Assembly (NCBI RefSeq): GCF_009817885.1
Contig: NZ_CP041764.1
Span: 1,093,542-1,117,541, forward strand
Origin: Serratia rhizosphaerae
GTDB lineage: Bacteria > Pseudomonadota > Gammaproteobacteria > Enterobacterales > Enterobacteriaceae
DNA: 24,000 nt
Direction of reading: 5' to 3'
Part shown: piece after piece, positions 13,289 to 20,095 of the stretch
How positions within the stretch are numbered: the first letter of the stretch is position 1
How the letters are laid out: every line of letters starts with the position of its first letter
The notes under the pieces: model-generated
Databases searched by the model: none
What the model saw: the letters and a program-made list of their open reading frames with translations, nothing else
What the model was told of the DNA's origin: nothing
Program-made: the position numbers and the translations under genes

Positions 13289-13572
13289 TTACAACACTCA
13301 TGAAAGCCATTCATAGATGCAATCATTTTAGCCCCGTTACTAACAATAATGATAATTGATATTCTTTCCCTATCGTCAACAAACCGGAACTGGCTGGCAT
13401 TTTTTGCGGCGGTGTATATCACATATTGAAAAACGTGCGCAGATAATCAAACTCATACCGCCCCGATGGGCCTAACTGAGTGGTTCAGCACATGGCCCCG
13501 CGCACTGAGCGTCATGACAGGAAAAGACACGCCGAGCGCCTGGTCAGGACAGCGGCTATCAAGGGTGAAATC

Positions 13573-13911
13573 ATGATAAAAACAGAAGACATCATCGAAG
13601 AAATAACCCTATGGATTGACTCAAACATTCATAAGCCCCTGCGGATTGAGGATGTGGCATCCCGGGCCGGCTATTCCAAATGGCACCTGCAGCGTATTTT
13701 TTCTCAGGTGCAAAAAATCAGCATCGGAAAATATATAAGGGAGAAAAGGTTAGCACTGGCAGAAAAGGAACTAGTTGAAACCAACGCCCCGATTATCGAC
13801 ATTGTTTGTAAATACGGCTTTGATTCACAGCAGACGTTTACCAGAGTATTTTCAAGGAATTATAAGCTGCCACCGTCAAAGTACCGGGATATGAAGAGAA
13901 TGCAGGGCTGA
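13573..13911 (+). CDS. Minimal AraC/XylS-family regulator of the MarA/SoxS/Rob type
   Basis: 112 aa from the internal ATG at 13573, with AAGGG upstream. The sequence is I..WID.N...PL.IEDVA..AGYSKWHLQRIF......S.G.YIR.KRL..A...L..T...I.DI....GFDSQQTFTRVF...Y...PS.YR. It contains only the dual-HTH DNA-binding unit. The gene is AT-rich and lies inside the island. Confidence 0.85.
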   Translation: MIKTEDIIEEITLWIDSNIHKPLRIEDVASRAGYSKWHLQRIFSQVQKISIGKYIREKRLALAEKELVETNAPIIDIVCKYGFDSQQTFTRVFSRNYKLPPSKYRDMKRMQG

Positions 13912-13927
13912 AACAACACCCCTGCTC

Positions 13928-13948
13928 GCGCCTAATGGGCGTATTTTT
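13928..13948 (+). terminator. Weak intrinsic terminator after the MarA-like gene
   Basis: gcgcc-taatg-ggcgt forms a 5-bp stem including one G.U pair, followed by ATTTTTA. It lies 17 nt after the stop codon. Confidence 0.3.
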
Positions 13949-14086
13949 ATCGCTGATTGTGCATGGTAGACGCCAACCTCAGGGCGAAAGTGCCTACTCT
14001 TCGGCAAACGTGCCGGGTGGCGCCACGATGATGCAGAGTCTTGCTGGCTGCCAAACCGACCTTTATAGATGCAATAGGCATCGCTA

Positions 14087-14557
14087 TTACTCACGCTCAA
14101 CGTTGACCACCTCTCCGTTATCTTGCAGTAAATAGCGGCCGTCATATGTAATCAATAACGTACGATCATTTTTTATCTGTCTTACGGAAAACACGGCGTT
14201 CTTATCAATACAATTATCCTTGGCTTTCCTGGCATCAAAACACAGCCTGTCATACTTCCCTTCCTCTTTATAGCCGCTGCCAAAATCCCAAAAAGTAATG
14301 GAGAAACGTCCAGAATCAGGAGATGGGTTAGGTATACCATAGTTTTCACTTAACTTACCCTTATTCTCCAACCACCAGTTTATTTTACCTTTATCGGTGA
14401 GCGGAAAATTGGTTACCAAGACGTCGCTGAAGTTATCATTAGTATAAACAGCAGCAATCCCTACAGTCCGTAACGATAAATAGAGTATATATCCGACAAG
14501 TATACAACCGACTAGAAATAATGATGCATAGCGTAAAATGTCACTCCTTACTTTCAT
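14087..14557 (-). CDS. N-terminally membrane-anchored protein, DUF943-like (function unknown)
   Basis: 156 aa from the ATG at 14557, preceded by GGAGAatatt. The longer track ORF reaching 14665 adds an implausible N-terminus. The TM segment is ASLFLVGCILVGYILYLSL. The remainder (VLVTNFPLTDKGKINWWLENK...FWDFGSGYKEEGKYDRLCF) matches my recollection of the enterobacterial DUF943 family. Confidence 0.65.
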   Translation of the reverse strand: MKVRSDILRYASLFLVGCILVGYILYLSLRTVGIAAVYTNDNFSDVLVTNFPLTDKGKINWWLENKGKLSENYGIPNPSPDSGRFSITFWDFGSGYKEEGKYDRLCFDARKAKDNCIDKNAVFSVRQIKNDRTLLITYDGRYLLQDNGEVVNVERE

Positions 14558-14734
14558 AATATTCTCCATGAGCGTCCTAAAATGTATGCTAACACCGAAC
14601 GCCATAGTTAATTTCCTGCGCAACATACAAAGACAATATGGAAGCCAACGCCATAGCATTATCACCCCAAAGATAGGTTAAAGCCTGAGAAGCCGACTTA
14701 CTCACCATCAATGACACAATGAATAATACAATCA

Positions 14735-15136
14735 CTACGGAATATTTTTATCACCATGTTCTTTATTGATAACCTTGCTTTCATTATCAATAGCAAAATC
14801 AGCTTGAATCAATTTTTGCCGCTCTGCGCTGTCATTATCTAAACCATAATAAATCACATACGATTTACCTGGATTAAAATGATAACCAAACATAGGTAAA
14901 CACTGACCATACGCAGGATGAAATGGTGAATCATCAAATAATTTCCTAAATGGCTCATCCATTTCATTATAAATTTGAATCGAGGTAATACGATCGCCTA
15001 ACTTAGCAGGGTATAAGACACACGGTGAATTATCCTTTAGCTTAACATCCGCGTATACCGTTTCCGGCATACGATCGCCAGGCCCCGGACAACCAGAGAT
15101 GAGAAAAACAGAATACAAAACAAAAAACCTTTTCAT
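14735..15136 (-). CDS. Small lipoprotein; candidate periplasmic immunity protein for the upstream metallopeptidase
   Basis: 133 aa. The signal peptide MKRFFVLYSVFLISG/C carries a canonical lipobox (ISGC). The start lies only 3 nt after the stop of 15140..15685. It is a paralog of the frameshifted lipoprotein at 16066..16426. Confidence 0.75.
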   Translation of the reverse strand: MKRFFVLYSVFLISGCPGPGDRMPETVYADVKLKDNSPCVLYPAKLGDRITSIQIYNEMDEPFRKLFDDSPFHPAYGQCLPMFGYHFNPGKSYVIYYGLDNDSAERQKLIQADFAIDNESKVINKEHGDKNIP

Positions 15137-15139
15137 TCG

Positions 15140-15685
15140 TTACTTCCTTCCTGTGACAATTTTTCGATAGATCGTTGGGATAGCCCGGATATCATCATTA
15201 CCGCGGTATCTACCTTGCCTTCCTTGTACCTGAAAATACTTCCACCTGTCTATTCCATATACAATCATCAACCAGTAATCAGCAATGATGGATGACTGCT
15301 GTTCAAGAGAGTAATCGGTCAGTTTACCTTTATCGAGCTTATAGTAATAATTGGCGGCCCAACTGAATAGGCCTCTCACCCTTACCCATTGTCCATGCTG
15401 GTGTTGCCAAACGTGGCCTAACTCATGGATAAAGACATGCTTTCTCTCATCAGAGACAGAGCTTGCTGAAAAATCAGAGGAATATCCTTCTTCCCTGAAC
15501 CAAAGTTCACCATTAGGTGCCATAGCATAATCAGGACTCTGCAAACCAAAGGGAAAGTAGCTATCACAGTGTACCCAAACGCGGCTATAAACAATTCTGT
15601 TTCCAAAAACCTGACGAGCCATCGCTATTTCACCCAACGTCAATCGACGTAACGTCCCTTCCTTTATTTCCGTATTCTGCTCCAT
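15140..15685 (-). CDS. Signal-less HExxH zinc-metallopeptidase-like protein (candidate secreted toxin / T6SS cargo effector)
   Basis: 181 aa from the ATG at 15685, with AAGGA 8 nt upstream. The track ORF starts at 15727. The motif is FIHELGHVWQHQH (HExxHxxxHxH). The N-terminal block LTLGEIAMARQVFGNRIVYSRVWVH...AMAPNGELWF resembles the small 'Vgr-related' / DUF4157-like metallopeptidase domains as I recall them. There is no signal peptide. Confidence 0.78.
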   Translation of the reverse strand: MEQNTEIKEGTLRRLTLGEIAMARQVFGNRIVYSRVWVHCDSYFPFGLQSPDYAMAPNGELWFREEGYSSDFSASSVSDERKHVFIHELGHVWQHQHGQWVRVRGLFSWAANYYYKLDKGKLTDYSLEQQSSIIADYWLMIVYGIDRWKYFQVQGRQGRYRGNDDIRAIPTIYRKIVTGRK

Positions 15686-15836
15686 TCGCGTTATCCTTGT
15701 GACAATTCCAGTGTCTACGGATAACATGGTAACGATTATACAAAAATTTACTACAGAGATTGTTCTTAGCCACTTTAGCTAACATAAAATGCTATCGCTG
15801 ATCCCATCCAGCTCCGTTACTCCCTACAGCATCGCG

Positions 15837-15938
15837 GGGCGTTTTTCCGACGAACAGATCCTCAGTATTCTCCGCGAAGCAGAAGCCGGAGTTTCTGCCC
15901 GTGAGTTCTGTCGTAGGCACGCCATTTCCGATGCCACT
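15837..15938 (+). mobile_element. IS3-family (IS407-group-like) OrfA transposase fragment
   Basis: GRFSDEQILSILREAEAGVSAREFCRRHAISDAT matches the HTH_Tnp_1 N-terminus of IS3-family OrfA proteins (..RF(T/S)DEQI..ILREAEAG....ELCR.HGIS.ATFY.W). The similarity stops abruptly after SDAT. No orfB or inverted repeat is recognisable. Confidence 0.6.
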
Positions 15939-16065
15939 ACACCCATGTTCGATTTAACATCAGATAATAACTCCAACACTGAACGCTATATAAATTTGCT
16001 GTGTAACATGCCCGTCCATCATGGAAGCTATCTCTTGTGATCCCCCCAGGGAAACACCAGATATG

Positions 16066-16426
16066 TTATGACTTGCTATATGTTTTTGTTAACTTTTTAT
16101 GGTCATCGGTTATAAATTCAAATCTGTAATACTGACCGCTAAGCACGTAGAGCAGTTCATAATTCGTACTTTCCTTCAATAGTAAGGGAATACAAGTATC
16201 AGGATATCGCTTTACAATACCGTCCTCCATTGCCAGTGGCTTTTTATGATTATTTTCTGATGAGCTTAATGAGTAATACTCCAGCGTATCCCCAGGAGAA
16301 GAAGTTATACATATACGGTTTTTATCTACAGTAGCATCACCTGCCTGTTGAAAAGTAAGCCTATCGCCAGCACATCCCGTTAGAAATACAAGAAAAATAA
16401 ATAAAGAAGGAAGGATATTTAATCAC
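16066..16426 (-). pseudogene. Frameshifted small lipoprotein, paralog of 14735..15136 (orphan immunity-like gene)
   Basis: AGGAGG lies 9 nt before the GTG at 16426. The starting frame reads MIKYPSFFIYFSCISNGMCWR*. Shifting frame inside a T5 run (A5 at 16393..16397 on the plus strand) gives ...FLVFLTG/CAGDRLTFQQAGDATVDKNRICITSSPGDTLEYYSLSS...YPDTCIPLLLKESTNYELLYVLSGQYYRFEFITDDHKKLTKTYSKS*, ending at 16066. The total length is 361 nt (3n+1). Deleting one T restores a 119-aa lipoprotein with signal peptide MIKYPSFFIYFLVFLTG/C. Confidence 0.6.
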
Positions 16427-16663
16427 TTAAGAAAACCTCCTGATAAATTCTTGCATTCTCCAACCAAATAATTCACAACTGCGTCGCATCATAGTTCGTT
16501 AATACTTCCTTATCTTATCTATAAAAACAACTAGAAAACCAATATATTTACACCATAAAAAACACATAAGAACAGTCATATTAATTATTATTAATAATAA
16601 AAACATTATGACTAGTTTATATTATCGAGAATTATAACCCATTGTTACATCATGTATACTTTG

Positions 16664-16758
16664 ATCTATGGCACATTTATTAAAGCAGAGTGAGGAAACA
16701 TAAAAAATCTATGGCACATTTATTAAAGCAGAGTGAGGAAACATAAAAAATCTATGGC
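16664..16758. repeat. Perfect 43-bp tandem direct repeat (2 full copies plus 8-9 nt of a third)
   Basis: The unit tctatggcacatttattaaagcagagtgaggaaacataaaaaa occupies 16665..16707 and 16708..16750 and is identical in both. A third start, tctatggc, occupies 16751..16758. The repeat lies 64 nt upstream of the Tlde1-like start codon. Confidence 0.95.
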
Positions 16759-16821
16759 GAGATATCTAAGAAATGGAACCATGCTCGTATTTAACATGGT
16801 TATACTTAAAGGGATATTGAT

Positions 16822-17190
16822 ATGGCTTGGGTTTATCAGCAAAGCACAGGAAAATTATCTAGAAATGGAAAATTGGTTAGTATTGGGTATGCGGGCGCGG
16901 ATAAAGGAAAGAACAATCCAGAGCTTCAGAACGTGGCCAACGTTGGTCCCTTGCCGAGGGGAAAATACATCATCACCGGACGCCCATTTCATCATCCCAC
17001 CACAGGAAAATATTCCATTCGCCTGCAACCGTGCCCATCAAATGAAATGTTCGGGCGAGCTGGCTTCTTGATTCATGGTGATAGCATTGCCCGACCAGGG
17101 ACAGCATCTACCGGTTGCATTATAATGCCACTACGAACACGACAGGAAATATGGGCAAGCAACGACAGATACCTCGAGGTGATCCTATGA
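16822..17190 (+). CDS. Tlde1-like (DUF2778) L,D-transpeptidase-fold T6SS antibacterial effector
   Basis: 122 aa with no signal peptide. The sequence is W.Y.QSTG.L..NG......GYAG.D.GKNNPELQNV.NVGPLPRGKY.I...........Y.I.L.P.....FGR.GFLIHGD....G.AS.GCI. This carries the His...(S/T)xGC catalytic signature and overall pattern of DUF2778/Tlde1 as I recall it. Confidence 0.82.
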   Translation: MAWVYQQSTGKLSRNGKLVSIGYAGADKGKNNPELQNVANVGPLPRGKYIITGRPFHHPTTGKYSIRLQPCPSNEMFGRAGFLIHGDSIARPGTASTGCIIMPLRTRQEIWASNDRYLEVIL

Positions 17191-17525
17191 ATAAGCTTTT
17201 ACTGATCGCCGGGCTGATGTTCACCATCTCCGCCGGGGCAGCATCTCCCGGCTGTACATCATGGCCGATGAACATGGCTGAAGTCTGGATGAAAAATGAA
17301 AAAATTGTTGATATCGCAGATATTGACGAGGCAAAAACAGAATCCAAACTGCTGGCTATCGAGAAACATGACAAAGGAGAATACACACAGATTTATCACT
17401 TTGTATTTCATGATAAAAATGGGAATAAGTACGAAGTAATCACGCAAAATGACGCATCGGCTGAGGAGTGCTCATTAAGCGACGTTAATGTGTTCTTGAT
17501 ATCTAAAAGCACAGACAACCACTGA
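17187..17525 (+). CDS. Periplasmic small protein; candidate Tldi1-type immunity protein
   Basis: 112 aa from the internal ATG at 17187 of track ORF 17115..17525. The start overlaps the effector stop in an ATGA junction (17187..17190). It has a Sec signal peptide, MNKLLLIAGLMFTISAGAA/S. The arrangement is that of an effector/immunity pair. Confidence 0.68.
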   Translation: MNKLLLIAGLMFTISAGAASPGCTSWPMNMAEVWMKNEKIVDIADIDEAKTESKLLAIEKHDKGEYTQIYHFVFHDKNGNKYEVITQNDASAEECSLSDVNVFLISKSTDNH

Positions 17526-17705
17526 CAGCAGTAGCCATCTCAGCGGTGTCTGTCTGGAAACTGTCGTGAGGATAGGAAATACTTATGGTTGTGGATGCAA
17601 TTCAATACGATACGACTCTGATATAAAGATCTGCTGAAGTTGGCAATCAAGAAGGTGACTCGTCTGTTATGCGAGGAGCAGACGTTATAACGGACCCCGT
17701 GTATC

Positions 17706-18173
17706 TCATAAAGTTAGTTGTATATTCTTGTACATGAAAACACTTAAAGGATCTGCGATATAAGGGGGAAACGCCTCACAAACCACATATCCGCACCGGC
17801 GATATAGAGCTATAGCAGGTTGCTGATGAATACCTGTTTCAAGGCGTAATTGATGGCAAGTATTTTCTAACGCGAGACTTTCAAGAGATGTAACAATTTG
17901 CTCTCCGAGTTTACGCCCTCTATATTCTGGACGAATATAAACCCGCTTCACCTCACCAAAGCCTTCTTCCTGAAGGAGTAAAGCGCCGCAACCTGCCGGA
18001 ACTCCATACTTATCTCGTGCAATTACACATCGCAGTTTATTATCACTGACACTGGAAAAATTCAGACAGTGATTACTTTCATCTGGATACAGCTCTCTTT
18101 GAAAAGCATCAAGCTCACTCACCAGACAATCTAACTCAGAATCACCTTTGATTACTTCTGAAATATAGAACAT
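17706..18173 (-). CDS. GNAT-family N-acetyltransferase
   Basis: 155 aa. The acetyl-CoA binding motif region is VKRVYIRPEYRGRKLGEQIVTSLESLA, followed by LYRRCGY. GGGGA lies 7 nt upstream of the ATG. Confidence 0.88.
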   Translation of the reverse strand: MFYISEVIKGDSELDCLVSELDAFQRELYPDESNHCLNFSSVSDNKLRCVIARDKYGVPAGCGALLLQEEGFGEVKRVYIRPEYRGRKLGEQIVTSLESLALENTCHQLRLETGIHQQPAIALYRRCGYVVCEAFPPYIADPLSVFMYKNIQLTL

Positions 18174-18553
18174 CGGTCATCCCCAATTTATCATCCTGAC
18201 TTATGAATCTAGCACGTACATTCAGTCCTGCTGAAGATATTGACTAACCCACTGTTACCGGGATGGAGATTATTGAGTGGCTTAAGGTATCAACGTCCGT
18301 TTCTGGCGCACAGCAGACTCAGCCATGCTGGCAAACAACAGTGAGTACTGACCAAGCGTTTCAGCAACCAACCTTTGAAATCACATTCTTTATCAGCCAG
18401 GGCACTGCTCGTCAAACTTGCAATGTGGTGACATGTTGATCTTGCCTATGAATCGCTGACGCATTTGCTTTTGCCACCCAACACGAAAACGCACTTTGGT
18501 GCTGAACAAAGCAAAACGCCGAAACGATAACTTAATGATTTTATGCAGGAATA

Positions 18554-18629
18554 TGGTGCCGATAATAGGAGTCGAACCTACGACCTTCGCATTACGAATG
18601 CGCTGCTCTACCAACTGAGCTATATCGGC
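18554..18629 (-). tRNA. thrW: tRNA-Thr (anticodon CGU), thrW-equivalent
   Basis: The reverse strand reads GCCGATATAGCTCAGTTGGTAGAGCAGCGCATTCGTAATGCGAAGGTCGTAGGTTCGACTCCTATTATCGGCACCA. It is 76 nt long with a cloverleaf-compatible structure, anticodon loop TTCGTAA, and an encoded CCA. It sits downstream of proA, as in E. coli. Confidence 0.97.
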
Positions 18630-18782
18630 TTTGGGAGGTGGATCTGCGGGGCAGATCGGCGTGCGTTGAACAACTTATGCAAAAGCCGGCGATGAGTCAA
18701 TAGGCGGCTAATCGTTCGCTGAATATCTCATCAACCGTATACTTATTGTGGGCTAAATCCGTCGCGGGCGGCAGAAATAAAC

Positions 18783-18804
18783 GGGGCGCAGCATGCTGCG
18801 CCCC
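18783..18804 (-). terminator. Intrinsic terminator of proBA
   Basis: GGGGCGCAGCA/TGCTGCGCCCC is a perfect 22-nt palindrome lying 29 nt after the proA stop. On the transcribed strand it is followed by GTTTATTTCT. Confidence 0.78.
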
Positions 18805-18832
18805 GCCGACTTGGTTACCCACTCGCTACGCG

Positions 18833-20086
18833 TCAGCCGCGCACCAGATCGTCGCCGTAGCCGATCCACTTATAGGTGGTCAGCGCGTCCAGCCCCATCG
18901 GGCCGCGGGCGTGTAGTTTCTGCGTGCTGACCGCCACTTCCGCGCCCAGGCCGAACTGGCCGCCATCGGTAAAGCGGGTGCTGGCGTTCACGTAAACCGC
19001 CGAGGAGTCCACCGCGCGGACAAAGTACTCGGCGTTGCTCAGCGAACGCGTCAGGATAGCGTCGGAATGGTGAGTGCCGTGGCTGCGGATATGGTCAATC
19101 GCCTGGTCGATATCGTCCACCAGCGTCACGTTCAGATCCAGCGACAGCCATTCGTCTTCGTAATCTTCCGCCTTCACCGCAGTTACCTGCGCCGGGCCGT
19201 CCTGCAGCAGCGGCATCGCGCTGTCGCTGGCGTGCAGCGTCACGCCGGCCGCCGCCATCCGGGCGCTGAGCGCCGGCAGGAAGCTGTCGGCAATGCTGCG
19301 GTTCACCAGCAGCGTCTCCACCGAGTTACAGGCGCTGGGGCGCTGAATTTTGGCGTTCTCAATCACCGTCAGCGCCTTGTCGTAATCCACATTGTCATCA
19401 ACGTAGATATGGCACACGCCGATACCGCCGGTAATCACCGGAATGGTGGACTGCTCGCGGCACAGCTTGTGCAGGCCGGCGCCGCCGCGCGGGATCAGCA
19501 TATCGACGTAGCGATCCATCCGCAGCAGTTCGTTCACCAGCGCCCGGTCCGGGCTGTCGATCGCCTGTACCGCCGCCGCCGGCAGGCCGCACTGCTCCAG
19601 CGCCTGCTGGATCACCTTAACCGTCGCCTGATTGGTATGATGCGTCTCTTTACCACCGCGCAGGATCACCGCATTGCCGGTTTTCAGGCACAGGCTGGCA
19701 ACGTCGATGGTGACGTTGGGCCGCGCCTCATAAATCACGCCGATCACGCCCAGCGGCACGCGCCGACGCTCCAGCTTCAGCCCACTGTCCAGCAGGTTGC
19801 CGTCCAGCACCTGGCCGACCGGATCGTTCAGGCGGCACACCTGCCGCACGTCGTTGGCGATCGCCGTCAGGCGCGCCGGCGTCAGCAACAGGCGGTCCAG
19901 CAGGGCTTCGCTCATCCCGCTGGCGCGCGCCTGCGCCATATCCTGTTGGTTAGCCTGTAAAATGATGTCGCTGTCGGCTTCCAGTCTGTCGGCCATCACC
20001 GACAACACCTGATTTTTTTTCGCCGTGCTGAGCACCGCCAGTTGCCAGGAGGCCTGCTTGGCGGTCTTCCCCATCTGCTCGAGCAT
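18833..20086 (-). CDS. proA: Gamma-glutamyl phosphate reductase ProA
   Basis: 417 aa, typical ProA (MLEQMG..AKQASW.LA.LS...KN..L...). Confidence 0.98.
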   Translation of the reverse strand: MLEQMGKTAKQASWQLAVLSTAKKNQVLSVMADRLEADSDIILQANQQDMAQARASGMSEALLDRLLLTPARLTAIANDVRQVCRLNDPVGQVLDGNLLDSGLKLERRRVPLGVIGVIYEARPNVTIDVASLCLKTGNAVILRGGKETHHTNQATVKVIQQALEQCGLPAAAVQAIDSPDRALVNELLRMDRYVDMLIPRGGAGLHKLCREQSTIPVITGGIGVCHIYVDDNVDYDKALTVIENAKIQRPSACNSVETLLVNRSIADSFLPALSARMAAAGVTLHASDSAMPLLQDGPAQVTAVKAEDYEDEWLSLDLNVTLVDDIDQAIDHIRSHGTHHSDAILTRSLSNAEYFVRAVDSSAVYVNASTRFTDGGQFGLGAEVAVSTQKLHARGPMGLDALTTYKWIGYGDDLVRG

Positions 20087-20095
20087 GCTTACTCC

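Noticed and set aside
13436-13462. A possible att-type direct repeat of the thrW 3' end at the far island border (tgcgcagataatcaaactcatacc versus tggtgccgataataggagtcgaacc).
   Set aside because: Only the GATAAT core and scattered positions match, roughly half overall. That is within chance for AT-rich DNA, so the island boundary cannot be defined by a repeat.
16733-17071. 112-aa plus-strand ORF starting in the 43-bp repeat and overlapping the Tlde1-like gene out of frame.
   Set aside because: The overlapping frame 16822..17190 has a clear family signature and an RBS. This ORF has neither and is best explained as a by-product of the repeat's third ATG.
17706-18173. The GNAT acetyltransferase considered as a TacT/AtaT/KacT-type toxin of a type II TA system.
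   Set aside because: No upstream RHH/DUF1778-type antitoxin ORF exists. The 220 bp upstream are non-coding on that strand. The gene has its own RBS, and the sequence looks like a generic small-molecule GNAT.
18263-18439. 58-codon plus-strand ORF between the GNAT gene and thrW (MEIIEWLKVSTSVSGAQQ...), considered as an HTH or excisionase remnant of the original island.
   Set aside because: There is only a vague resemblance to an HTH (EWLKVSTSV), no RBS and no family pattern. It may be a degraded remnant, but that is not demonstrable here.
18393-18614. 73-aa ORF on the minus strand overlapping the tRNA-Thr gene.
   Set aside because: Its N-terminal third is simply the tRNA sequence read as codons. 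The rest has no recognisable family, and I tried to see a P4- or P22-type integrase N-terminus without success. It is treated as spurious.
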